Source of the DNA: Spirochaetia bacterium
GTDB lineage: Bacteria; Spirochaetota; Spirochaetia; CADAEX01
Direction of reading: 5' to 3'
Length of the DNA: 64,000 nt
Assembly: GCA_963662265.2 (NCBI GenBank)
Contig: CAXXHA010000011.1
Coordinates: 128,001 to 192,000, forward strand
Below are positions 1 to 9,765 of the stretch, one piece after another; positions within the stretch are counted from its first letter, which is position 1; every line of letters starts with the position of its first letter. A program made the translations under genes and the position numbers. The notes beneath the pieces are model-generated. The model ran no database searches and had not been told where the DNA came from. It saw only the letters and a program-made list of their open reading frames with translations.

Positions 1-147
1 CCCCAGTTTTTCATCTGCCCATGGAGCGTTTTTGCCCTGTTTTAAAACTGGTACAGGGAGTGGTTTTCCTGTTTCATGTGAATAAACAGAAAGAAAATTA
101 AACATGAATAATGTAAATAATAAAAATATTCTGTATCTGAATCTCAT
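1..147 (-). CDS. 5' part of an exported protein, possibly C39-like peptidase (runs off window edge)
   Basis: Manual translation from ATG at 147: MRFRYRIFLLFTLFMFNFLSVYSHETGKPLPVPVLKQGKNAPWADEKLG, open to base 1. Signal-peptide-like start; LxVPxxxQ...WxxxxLG resembles C39-like N-termini. Confidence 0.5.
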   Translation of the reverse strand, partial: MRFRYRIFLLFTLFMFNFLSVYSHETGKPLPVPVLKQGKNAPWADEKLG

Positions 148-419
148 AAAAATACCGTCTCTTAAAATCTGTTAAAACAGAACTGATCATACCATAAAAA
201 TGTATTCTGTTAACAGTTAAAAAAGTTAACTGGAAAAACTTCTCCGGTCGAGTAGTTCGACAAAAAGGGCGAATCTCAATAGGTGTATTGGAAAGTATTT
301 ATCCTTAGTATATGTAAATCTATATATAGAATGAACTTATATATAGATGGTGATTAATTATGAAGTTGGCACAAATAATGCTTTTATATCATTGGAAAAC
401 AATTACCAAGGGGGATTGT

Positions 420-938
420 ATGAGAAATATAGTAAATACGGTTTTTATTATTTTTACATTGACAGTGCTTTTTTCATGTTCAGATCCTACTGCAGCAGGA
501 TATGATGAAACAGCTGATATAACTGAAAATACTACTGCCGGTACAGATACAGCTGATTCAGTAGGTGCAGTAGAATCAACAGATTCAACTGATTCAGCTG
601 ATTCAACCGATTCAACCGATTCAACCGATTCAACCGATTCAACCGATTCAACCGACAGGATTGAAGCAGCAGACTTTTCAGAAGTTTCTGACGGCTCATC
701 ACTGACAGATTACGGATTTACAGTAAGCGTTGACAGTTCAGGTAATGAAGCATTTGTAATCAACGATGGAGCAATTGAATTAAACAGCGAAAATGGCTGG
801 TTTGACTTTTCCACTACTGATTTTGAAATTGACAGAAGCAGCAGTAACGGAATTAAAGCAGAATGGGAAATCAGGTATCCTGAAGCAATAGATCAGCTTG
901 ACCGTGAAATGGCTAAGTATGAATTCCCTGTCAGCTGA
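420..938 (+). CDS. Lipoprotein with Asp-Ser-Thr low-complexity linker
   Basis: ATG at 420 follows the RBS AAGGGGG. Signal peptide ends in the lipobox LFSC; (DST)n linker. The ORF-track start at 360 is probably too long. Confidence 0.7.
   Translation: MRNIVNTVFIIFTLTVLFSCSDPTAAGYDETADITENTTAGTDTADSVGAVESTDSTDSADSTDSTDSTDSTDSTDSTDRIEAADFSEVSDGSSLTDYGFTVSVDSSGNEAFVINDGAIELNSENGWFDFSTTDFEIDRSSSNGIKAEWEIRYPEAIDQLDREMAKYEFPVS
582..653 (+). repeat. 9-bp coding tandem repeat (GATTCAACC x6 perfect at 600-653, plus 2 degenerate units)
   Basis: Read directly from the sequence; encodes DST repeats. Confidence 0.95.
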
Positions 939-949
939 TTCTTATGACA

Positions 950-2140
950 TTATGATTGTTTATGGCTGTAAATAACAGTTTCTATTTTTTCAACTGTTTC
1001 TGCTATCATTTCATCAAGCTTGAGAAGTTCGAAAGATTCATTTATTTTATCAAAGTCCGGCTTTACAAGGGGATGATCCGGCGCAAAAATTGTACAGCAG
1101 TCATCGTATGGCAGTATTGAAGTCTCAAAAGTGTCAATCTTCTTCGCTATCTGTATAATTTCCTCCTTATCAAGACCAATCAGAGGCCTGAAAACCGGAA
1201 GTGTTGTTTTTGAACCTGTAAATCTCATGCTTTCTGCTGTCTGGCTTGCAACCTGGCTCAGGCTTTCTCCTGTAATAAGAGAGTTCGCACGGATATTTTC
1301 CGCTGTGATATCTGCGATCTTCATCATTGCACCCCTTGAAAGGAGTGTAACCTCTTCTTTTCTGCAGTTTTCCCTTATGTAAATCTGTATATCTGTAAAC
1401 GGGACTATATGCAGCTTGATTGAGGGAAGATAAAGTGAAAGCCTTTCCGCAAGTTCCCTGACCTTGTCAAGTGACTGATCTGAAGTGTAGGGGTATGTAT
1501 GGAAATAGACTGCTTCAAGGTATGCGCCTCTCTTGCCCATCATCCATCCCGCAACAGGCGAATCTATGCCGCCGGAAAGAAGAAGTACGCTTTTTCCCGC
1601 AATTCCTGCCGGAAGTCCTCCCGGGCCCCTTGTCTCAGGTCCGTAGATAAAAGCCTGCTCCCTTATTTCAACTGATATTTTAAAATCCGGTTTCTTTACA
1701 TTGACTTTCAGTGAATCAAATTTATCAAGAATAATTTCACCAAGCCTGCATGAGATTTCATATGAGCCAAGCGGAAATCCCTTGTCAGATCTCCTGCTTT
1801 CAATTTTAAAAGTCTTAAGATCCTCATTTTCAGAAAGTATTTTCTCTGAAAGCGAGAGGACAGTTTTTTCAATAGTTTCCATATTTTTGGAAACTGAATA
1901 TGCCTTAGTGTAAGCTACAATGCCGAATACCCTGGAGAGAGTGTTTTCTATATGTTCAACAACTTCAGGTTTATCCATATCTTCTGATTGAAGAAAAAAC
2001 CTGCCTGCCCTGCCTGTTATCCGGACGCTGATGCTTCCTAGCTGTTTTTTTATATTATTGACAAGCTTTTTTTCAAAGGCTTTTCTGTTTCCCCCCTTAA
2101 GGCTGATTTCTCCAATTTTTATCAGAAAAAGCTGTTTCAT
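950..2140 (-). CDS. thiI: tRNA 4-thiouridine synthase ThiI (short form, no rhodanese domain)
   Basis: GEISLKGGNR N-terminus, THUMP domain, PP-loop LLSGGIDS, TGESLSQVASQT, PYDDCC. Confidence 0.95.
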   Translation of the reverse strand: MKQLFLIKIGEISLKGGNRKAFEKKLVNNIKKQLGSISVRITGRAGRFFLQSEDMDKPEVVEHIENTLSRVFGIVAYTKAYSVSKNMETIEKTVLSLSEKILSENEDLKTFKIESRRSDKGFPLGSYEISCRLGEIILDKFDSLKVNVKKPDFKISVEIREQAFIYGPETRGPGGLPAGIAGKSVLLLSGGIDSPVAGWMMGKRGAYLEAVYFHTYPYTSDQSLDKVRELAERLSLYLPSIKLHIVPFTDIQIYIRENCRKEEVTLLSRGAMMKIADITAENIRANSLITGESLSQVASQTAESMRFTGSKTTLPVFRPLIGLDKEEIIQIAKKIDTFETSILPYDDCCTIFAPDHPLVKPDFDKINESFELLKLDEMIAETVEKIETVIYSHKQS

Positions 2141-2473
2141 TTATTTCTCTCCGGGTTACTGATTATCTGAGCGTAAAATACAGTTTCATAGCTTCAGATT
2201 TATGTTTGAATTATTTAAAAATATTACACAGCAATATAGCATACAATTGAAACCTGTTTAAGAGGTTTTCAGAGACTGCAGAAATATTCTGTTCAGGGGA
2301 TATCCTTGTGTTTCCTGAAGAATTAAAAAACAGATCACGTGGATTATGTTGAATTACAGATATTTATCTAATAAAGCTGATTTCTGTAATCAGTCAGTAA
2401 TATATTCATAATAATCATTTTCAGAAGATTAAACCCGGTGCAGCTTGATTACGGGATTGTTCAGCCAGATTGT

Positions 2474-3637
2474 TTATCTTGAAATACCGAGAAGCTTGTT
2501 TACCTCTTCCTCCAGCGCATCACAGAAATTATTTATATCATCTTCAGTCGTTGTAAAGCCGGTGGAAATCCTGACAGCTGAGAATGCTTTTTTATTGTTA
2601 ATTTTCATTGCAGACAAGGTGTCTGAGTGTTTTTTATTGTTTGATGAGCATGCAGATCCTGATGAAATACAGAATCCCCTGTCGCTTAAAACCCTTGTAA
2701 GGACTTCTGCCGGAACAGGCTTGAATGATGTATTCAGTATATAAGGTGAATAGTTTTCATCAGACCTTTTTCTTTCATCCGGGATTATTTCACAGCCTCT
2801 GACAGAAGACAGCCTGTCAAAAAGCAATTTATAAAGCTTTTCAGCCTTGTTGTGTCTTTCTGAAAAATTATTAACCGCCTTTTCAAGTGCAAGCGCTGTA
2901 CCGTGTATTCCGGGAAGGTTTTCTGTACCGGCTCTCAATCCCCCCTCCTGTCCGCCCCCGGTAAACAGAGGCATTATGCTGCTGTTTACAACAAGAATAC
3001 CGCAGCCTCTCGGCCCTGAGAACTTATGAGCGCTAATTGAGACAGTATCAATATTATTGTCTGCCGGATTGAAACTGACTTTTCCTATTCCCTGAACTGC
3101 ATCGCAGTGGAAATGTATTTTAAGGCTGTTATCTTTTGCATATTTCTTCACAGCCGAGGCAGTTTCATGTACCGGCTGAACAGCTCCTGTTTCATTATTT
3201 ACAAGCATCAGTGAAACAAACTGAACATCACTGTCCATTTGTTTCATGAAAGATTCAGGTCTGGCAATACCGTTTTTTTCAGGATTTATCATGATTACAG
3301 TAAATCCTGCCTCTTTGAGAATTTTACATGGTTCTGATACTGCGGGGTGTTCAATTGAGGAAACAAGTATTTTCCCCCGCTTTTTTTTCCTCAGGAGAGA
3401 CAAGAGAGCTATATTGTTTGATTCTGTGCCGCCTGAAGTGAAATATATGTTTTTATTCTGAACTGAAAGAGATTTTGCACAGATCTCCCTTGATTTTTCG
3501 AGTAGATTTTTTGCTTTAAGTCCCTCGCTGTGTAAAGATGAAGGATTTCCGAATATTTCTGATGCTGTTTCAGCTGATTTCTTAATAATTTCAGGATCAG
3601 GAACAGATGTTGCTGCCCAGTCAAGATAAGTGCTCAT
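2474..3637 (-). CDS. Cysteine desulfurase (IscS/NifS/NifZ type), probable ThiI sulfur donor
   Basis: YLDWAAT, FTSGGTESNN, SAHKF (PLP Lys), GGGQEGGLRAGT, SSGSACSS (catalytic Cys). Confidence 0.93.
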   Translation of the reverse strand: MSTYLDWAATSVPDPEIIKKSAETASEIFGNPSSLHSEGLKAKNLLEKSREICAKSLSVQNKNIYFTSGGTESNNIALLSLLRKKKRGKILVSSIEHPAVSEPCKILKEAGFTVIMINPEKNGIARPESFMKQMDSDVQFVSLMLVNNETGAVQPVHETASAVKKYAKDNSLKIHFHCDAVQGIGKVSFNPADNNIDTVSISAHKFSGPRGCGILVVNSSIMPLFTGGGQEGGLRAGTENLPGIHGTALALEKAVNNFSERHNKAEKLYKLLFDRLSSVRGCEIIPDERKRSDENYSPYILNTSFKPVPAEVLTRVLSDRGFCISSGSACSSNNKKHSDTLSAMKINNKKAFSAVRISTGFTTTEDDINNFCDALEEEVNKLLGISR

Positions 3638-3643
3638 GGTTTT

Positions 3644-3729
3644 AGATTATAATTTGTTAAAAAAATCATCAATATATTTTATAAATATATTGGAACAATA
3701 TTGATGAAAAAATTTATTTAAGATATTAT
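3644..3729. promoter_or_regulatory. Divergent sigma70-like promoters with a 10-bp inverted repeat
   Basis: TCATCAATAT (3666-3675) and ATATTGATGA (3698-3707) form an inverted repeat. Plus strand: TTGATG-N17-TATTAT (3701/3724). Minus strand: TTGATG-N17-TAATCT, 6 nt before the desulfurase ATG. Confidence 0.5.
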
Positions 3730-3738
3730 ATATATATT

Positions 3739-4059
3739 ATGAAGACTATATATACATGTGAAAGTGACACCCTGAAAGTCTACTCACAGAAAATCAAGGT
3801 TTGTGGACATCCGGTTAGACTGAAAATACTATGCTTTATCAAAACAGGTGCACCCTGTGTTAAAGAGATGTGGGAATGTCTTGACCAGCCTCAGCCGGTT
3901 ATTTCACAGCACCTGGCAGTTCTGAAGGAAAATGGGGTTGTAAGTTCTGAAATTGACGGAAATAGAAGAATTTATAAGATAATAGATCCATTTGTTGACA
4001 ATATGCTGACATTGATTGCAGAGTGCCTTACAAAAGAAGCGGATGAAAAGAAAAAATAA
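3739..4059 (+). CDS. ArsR/SmtB family transcriptional regulator, Cys-rich
   Basis: HPVRLKILC, QPVISQHLAVLK, GNRRIY winged HTH. Confidence 0.9.
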   Translation: MKTIYTCESDTLKVYSQKIKVCGHPVRLKILCFIKTGAPCVKEMWECLDQPQPVISQHLAVLKENGVVSSEIDGNRRIYKIIDPFVDNMLTLIAECLTKEADEKKK

Positions 4060-4086
4060 AAATTTTTATTAATTAACATCAGCAAA

Positions 4087-4115
4087 ACCGGGAATAATAA
4101 TCCCGGTATTTTTTT
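4087..4115 (+). terminator. Intrinsic terminator
   Basis: ACCGGGA/TCCCGGT stem followed by a T-run, between convergent genes. Confidence 0.7.
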
Positions 4116-4176
4116 ATATATTTATATTTAACAGATGAAAACTGCTTTTGAAGCAGCATTCATCTGTTTTTTTATG

Positions 4177-6675
4177 CTAGAAATCTGTGTAATACTGTTT
4201 ATCAAGTATGAAATTAAGCCTTCTGTAGATAGAACTGATTTTCTCAATCATTCCGGAATCAGTGCTGTCGGGAAGTTCATCCATAAGATTATCGAGACTA
4301 CCTATGCTGGTGGCAAGAGCATTGTCAAAACTCTTAGATACTTTCAGCCAGTAATTTCCCCTGTTGTCTGTATTCAATGATATAAAGCCAAGCTGTTTCC
4401 CTTTTTTCTTTGCCGGGCATGTGTATAGCAGGAATTTGATATTCTGAATTATTATGTTGAGAGCTGTATATGAGTTCATGTTCCCCTTGTGCGGCAGGTT
4501 TTTTACCGACATCCTGACAGGATCCATAAAAGGTACAACCCTGAGAATATTTTTCAGTTTTTCACCGTACAGGAGTTCAAAATTTTTATAGACAATCTTG
4601 CCGGAAATGCCTGAAGGGATGAAAATCTTGCTGAAGTCAGATTTTCTGTGAATATCAACAAGTTTCTCCCAGTCAAGTACAGCCATTTTTTTCTTTTTAC
4701 CCTTGAAAGTTTCAATCTTGAAAAGATACTCTCCAAGTTTGAGTGAATTTGAAGTATCCCGCTTATTTCTCCTGTCGCCGGGTATTTCCTTACTCATAAG
4801 ACGGTCTGCAAGCCCCGGTGATATATTCTTAAGCCATTCTTTTCTCAGCGGTGAAACTGAGTGGGCAAACATCTTGCTTGTTCTTACAATTTCACCTGCA
4901 ACAATAAACTGCGGATTTTCCTTGAACATGACAGAACCGGGATGTATATGGATTTTATCGGCAGTAAGACTCCTGTAGCTGCCTTTACCCGCTTTTACAC
5001 ATACAAACTGTATTAACCCTTTGCAGACGCAGTAGAGGTAGTCAGCTGTGCTTCCTCCTGATGAAATAGGAACCCCTATATCTTCTCTTACAATATCTTC
5101 AAGCTGGGTTTTTATGTTCAGAAGTTCGTTCATCACTTTTATATCAAGGTAGTATCTGTCGCAGAATTCCTCTTTCTTTTCAGATGCTTCAAATTTCCTG
5201 AATATTTTAAGATATGAAACAAAGTCGCCTTCTTTTGTTCTGAGAGAGTGGTGTGCTTTTCTCGCTTCAAACTCCTCGCCCTGCGGCAGGAGGAAGGGTG
5301 AATTAGTGGAGAGAAATGTTGCTGCAATTAGAACTTCCTCAATAACATCCGGGTGGTTATAAACTGCCTCAACTATGATTCTTGAAAGCCTCGGGGAGAG
5401 GGGGAATTTAACCATCATTTCACCGGCCCTGGTAAGAGTATGGTCATTATTAATAGCTTCAAGAAGCTTGAGTGTATCAACAGCCCCTATAATACCCTGT
5501 TTGCCCGGGGATGAAATAAAATCGAATGATTCAAAATCTCTGATTCCAAGTTCAGCCATCCTGAGTACAACCTCGGAAAGGTCAGTCCTGTATATCTCTT
5601 CTTTTGTGAAAAGCTGCCTTGTTTCAAAATCGCTTCTTGTATAGAGCCTGTAACATGTCCCTTCCTGTGTTCTTCCGGCTCTCCCTTTTCTCTGGTTGCA
5701 GGATGCTTTTGAAATATCTGTTTCAAGAAGGGCAGAAGTAAATGTTCTCGGATTATAGTTGTTTATTTTCGCAAGACCTGAATCAATAACAGATGTAATC
5801 CCGTCAATTGTCACGCTGGTTTCTGCTATGTTTGTCGAAACAACAATCTTTGTTTTTCCCCTTGGGGTCTGCACAAAAACCCTTTCCTGCTCCTCTTTTG
5901 AAAGCCTTCCGTAGAGGGGGAGAATTACCATTTTTCTTCTCAAGGGGGATGCATTGAGCATTCTAATGCAGTCTTTTATCTGCTTTTCCCCTGACAGAAA
6001 TACAAGTATATCTCCCTTTCTCCTCTCCTTTATAACCCTGCTTATAATGTCGTTGATTTTCATAATCAGCTCATCATAGCTGTTTCTTCCCTCTTTAAGG
6101 GGTGAATATACAATTCCGACCGGAAATACAATCGAATCTATATGTACTACAGGAACTCCCCCGAAATATTCGGAAAAAACAGTTGTATTGATGGTAGCAG
6201 ATGAAATAATAACCTTAAAATCTTTTCTCTCCTCAATTACCCTCTTGAGAAGGCCGAGGATGAAATCAATATTGAGACTCCTTTCATGTGCCTCATCTAT
6301 AATTATACAGCTGTATTTTGATAGAAGCGGATCTGTTTTTATCTCCTGCAGAAGTATGCCGTCTGTCATTACTTTCAGAAGTGTCTCATGCGATGTCATA
6401 TCATTAAACCGCATCTTATAACCGACAAGACCGGGAACATTTGTCTTCAGCTGGTTTGCCATATAATCGCAGACAGAAAGGGTGGCTATTCTTCTGGGCT
6501 GTGTAACTCCGATTATCCCTTTTGCAGCCATCCCTGCTTCATAGAGAATAAGCGGCAGCTGAGTAGTTTTTCCTGATCCGGTCGGACTTTCTACAATTAT
6601 TACCTGGTTTGTTTCCAGTGCCTCCAGTATCTTGTCTTTCTGCTGGTATACCGGAAGAGTTTTCGGATCTATCAT
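4177..6675 (-). CDS. hrpA: DEAH-box RNA helicase HrpA
   Basis: SPTGSGKTT, TQPRRIA, DEAHER, SAT, STNIAETSVTI, QRKGRAGR. Confidence 0.93.
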   Translation of the reverse strand: MIDPKTLPVYQQKDKILEALETNQVIIVESPTGSGKTTQLPLILYEAGMAAKGIIGVTQPRRIATLSVCDYMANQLKTNVPGLVGYKMRFNDMTSHETLLKVMTDGILLQEIKTDPLLSKYSCIIIDEAHERSLNIDFILGLLKRVIEERKDFKVIISSATINTTVFSEYFGGVPVVHIDSIVFPVGIVYSPLKEGRNSYDELIMKINDIISRVIKERRKGDILVFLSGEKQIKDCIRMLNASPLRRKMVILPLYGRLSKEEQERVFVQTPRGKTKIVVSTNIAETSVTIDGITSVIDSGLAKINNYNPRTFTSALLETDISKASCNQRKGRAGRTQEGTCYRLYTRSDFETRQLFTKEEIYRTDLSEVVLRMAELGIRDFESFDFISSPGKQGIIGAVDTLKLLEAINNDHTLTRAGEMMVKFPLSPRLSRIIVEAVYNHPDVIEEVLIAATFLSTNSPFLLPQGEEFEARKAHHSLRTKEGDFVSYLKIFRKFEASEKKEEFCDRYYLDIKVMNELLNIKTQLEDIVREDIGVPISSGGSTADYLYCVCKGLIQFVCVKAGKGSYRSLTADKIHIHPGSVMFKENPQFIVAGEIVRTSKMFAHSVSPLRKEWLKNISPGLADRLMSKEIPGDRRNKRDTSNSLKLGEYLFKIETFKGKKKKMAVLDWEKLVDIHRKSDFSKIFIPSGISGKIVYKNFELLYGEKLKNILRVVPFMDPVRMSVKNLPHKGNMNSYTALNIIIQNIKFLLYTCPAKKKGKQLGFISLNTDNRGNYWLKVSKSFDNALATSIGSLDNLMDELPDSTDSGMIEKISSIYRRLNFILDKQYYTDF

Positions 6676-7992
6676 TTATTGTCCTTTCTTGATTATTTCT
6701 GCTATTTTATCAATTCCTTCATCAGTTTTTATCTGGTTGAAATTATCCCTGTTGAAAAGGTCTTTTACTGTTATTGTCCCTGATTCAAATTCATCCGATC
6801 CGCATATAATTCCGGCAGGAATATTCTTTTTTTCAGAATATTTAAACTGTTTATCAAGTTTTTTGTTGTCAGGGTAGACTTCGCAGGATAATCCCCTTGC
6901 TCTTATTTCCTCGGCCAGCCGATGGTAGTAGGGGAGAAGTTTGCTGTCAAAGTTGAATATTATGCAGTCGCACTGGTTTATTCCAGATTTCTTACTGTCA
7001 ATTTCTTCGAGTCCCGCGAGAAGCCTGTCAATGCCAATTGATGCACCTACTCCCGGAAGGTTGTCTTTTGTATATAGAGATGCAAGATTGTTGTATCTTC
7101 CTCCTGAGCATACAGAGCCGATAGATGGAAGTTCTGTAAGGAATGTTTCAAATACAATTCCTGTATAGTAATCAAGACCCCTTGTTATTGACGGGTCAAG
7201 CACATAGAAATCTTCCAGTTTGTTTTCCTTTATTGCTTCATAAATATCTGAAATTCTTTCTGTATCATCGCTTTTTCCACCGGCAAGTTCTGTTATTTTC
7301 GAGAGAGTTTCCGAAAAAGACTTTTCAGGAGTTATATAACTGAGGATTTTTCTGCTTTTTTCATCCCCTGTAATTTCTGAAAGAAGAGCCAGGACTTTTT
7401 CCTCACCGATTTTTGCAAGCTTATCAACAGTCCTGAGTATTTCCACTGATTTATCCTCAATTCCGAGGTGGTTCAGAAACCTGTTGAAAATTGCCCTGTT
7501 TGAAAGATGTATTTTAAAGTTATCAATACCAAGACTCTGTATTGATTTCTTCATCAGAAGGATTATCTCAAGGTCAGCTGCAGCTGAATCTGCCCCCACT
7601 ATATCGAAGTCACACTGGTAAAATTCCCTGTATCTCCCTTTCTGTGTGTTTTCTCCTCTCCATACTTTTGAGATGTGGAATCTTTTGAAAGGGAAGTAAA
7701 GGCTGTTTTTATTTGCAGCTACATACCGTGCAAAAGGTACTGTGAGGTCAAACCTCATTGAAACATCTCTGTCCCCGTGGTCATTGAAACGGTAAATCTG
7801 CTTATCTGTTTCTCCGCCACCTTTTCCAAGCAGTACTTCTGTATATTCAAGTGTCGGTGTATCTATTGGAACAAACCCGAACATGGAAAAATTTTTCTCA
7901 AGAATTTCAAATAGTTTTTTTCTCTTAATTTCAAAATCAGGAAGAGTGTCTCTGAATCCTTTCAGTATTTTTGGTTCAATTAATTTAGCCAT
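6676..7992 (-). CDS. hisS: Histidyl-tRNA synthetase
   Basis: KGFRD, RFDLTVPFAR, RGENTQKGRYREFYQCDFD, RGLDYYTG, GGRY. Confidence 0.97.
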   Translation of the reverse strand: MAKLIEPKILKGFRDTLPDFEIKRKKLFEILEKNFSMFGFVPIDTPTLEYTEVLLGKGGGETDKQIYRFNDHGDRDVSMRFDLTVPFARYVAANKNSLYFPFKRFHISKVWRGENTQKGRYREFYQCDFDIVGADSAAADLEIILLMKKSIQSLGIDNFKIHLSNRAIFNRFLNHLGIEDKSVEILRTVDKLAKIGEEKVLALLSEITGDEKSRKILSYITPEKSFSETLSKITELAGGKSDDTERISDIYEAIKENKLEDFYVLDPSITRGLDYYTGIVFETFLTELPSIGSVCSGGRYNNLASLYTKDNLPGVGASIGIDRLLAGLEEIDSKKSGINQCDCIIFNFDSKLLPYYHRLAEEIRARGLSCEVYPDNKKLDKQFKYSEKKNIPAGIICGSDEFESGTITVKDLFNRDNFNQIKTDEGIDKIAEIIKKGQ

Positions 7993-8566
7993 TTTGTATC
8001 TCTCATGTAAAAATATTTTGTATGCCGAAAATCGGTCAATTTATGCATAATTTCTGATCACTTTGCAGTATTCCCCGGTACAGAATCAGTAAATAAATAA
8101 AACTGATATTTCTGCAAAATCTGATATTGAATTATTACTTTAAATAATGCAAAAAACGCATCCATATGCATTAAATAATACAGCATATAATAGCCTCTAT
8201 CAACCGCCATATTTATCTACCCCTTTATCCTGAAATTATGTAATTAAAAACGAGATTATCATGAAGAATGTATCATCGAAATCATAATTAATATTTAGGC
8301 TTTTAAAAAAAAAGTATTTATGCAATAATTTAGGAAATTGAGAATTTTAACCTGATTTTACAGGATTTATATAAAAAAAAACTGATAAGGGTTTTATTTC
8401 AGTATAATTCCGGAGGGAAGCAATTATACCGGCAAAGGAAAGCAGGATTTATTTCTGTCCCTTTTCCCGGTATATTCAGCAAATATCAGAAAGCTGAAAA
8501 TATCCATGACAAACGCATGGTTATCAATGGTTTATAATATTTCTGTTTTACGTATTCTTTTCCGGA

Positions 8567-9700
8567 GTGCTGTATGAAGACTTTATCAGGTACAGGAAGC
8601 TGGAACAGAGATTGATAATCAGATATACGAAAACAGATAAAGGGAAAACCAGAAAACTAGCAGTTTTATATACCAAAAAAGAACACGATATTTCAAAACA
8701 TAAAATAGATCCGGAAGCCTTGTATATATGTGACAAGCTTCGCAACGAGGGGCACCAGGCATATATAGTCGGCGGTGCAGTCAGGGATCTTGTAATAAAG
8801 AAAACTCCTAAAGATTTTGATATTGTAACTGATGCTCTTCCCGGTCAGATTAAAAAACTTTTCCGGCATTCCAGGATAATAGGGCGAAGATTCAGACTTG
8901 TCCATGTGTATCTTGGTTCACAGATTTATGAAGTATCTACTTTCAGGTCAAGCATATCGCGTGAAGGGGACAATAATAATTTCGGAACAATGAAAGAGGA
9001 TGTATTCAGGCGGGATTTTTCAATAAATGCATTATATTATGATCCCAAGGATGAATATATAATAGATTTCATCGGGGGCTTCAAAGACCTCAAGAAAAGA
9101 AAAGTGAAGCCTGTAATTCCTCTCAAGACAATTTTTCTTGAAGACCCGGTCAGGCTTATACGGGCTGTAAAATATTCAGTAATGATTGAGGGAGATATCC
9201 CTTTTGTCCTCCGCATGAGGATGAAGAAACATTCCAAAGAGATAATGTATACTTCCCCCTCAAGGCTGACAGAGGAAATACTGAAGATTCTTAAAATGGA
9301 TAATACTGCTGCAGTTATGAAAAAACTTGCTGAATCAGGAATACTGAAGTATATTCTGCCCGGCGTGTTTGAAATGCAGAAAAATTCATATTTCTATGAA
9401 AGTCTTGAAAAATTCGACAGGGAAAAAATCCGTAAAAATACAGATAATATCAGTAATGTAATCCAGCCCATAATCGAAGATTTTATTCTGAATTTCATAT
9501 GCTTTGACAGGGATGAAAAATATTCTGTAAGGGAGATTACAGATGATGTGAAATCATATCTGCGTCCGATAACTCCTCCCAATAAAGATATATCTGAAGC
9601 AGTAAGGAAAATTCTGAAAAGAAACGGTATCAGGCAGAAAAACATAAGAAGACCGGCTCTTAAAAGCGGTAAGAAAATAAGCCCTGCAAACAACAACTAG
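8567..9700 (+). CDS. pcnB: Poly(A) polymerase I (true start possibly TTG at 8612)
   Basis: YIVGGAVRD, PKDFD, PAP-specific IIGRRFRLVHV, RRDFSINAL, EDPVRLIRA. Confidence 0.88.
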   Translation: MLYEDFIRYRKLEQRLIIRYTKTDKGKTRKLAVLYTKKEHDISKHKIDPEALYICDKLRNEGHQAYIVGGAVRDLVIKKTPKDFDIVTDALPGQIKKLFRHSRIIGRRFRLVHVYLGSQIYEVSTFRSSISREGDNNNFGTMKEDVFRRDFSINALYYDPKDEYIIDFIGGFKDLKKRKVKPVIPLKTIFLEDPVRLIRAVKYSVMIEGDIPFVLRMRMKKHSKEIMYTSPSRLTEEILKILKMDNTAAVMKKLAESGILKYILPGVFEMQKNSYFYESLEKFDREKIRKNTDNISNVIQPIIEDFILNFICFDRDEKYSVREITDDVKSYLRPITPPNKDISEAVRKILKRNGIRQKNIRRPALKSGKKISPANNN

Positions 9701-9765
9701 GCAGAAAACAGGTAACGGCATTTGGGGAAAGTAATTTTCCGGCAGCTTTTAAACTATCCCCGGTA

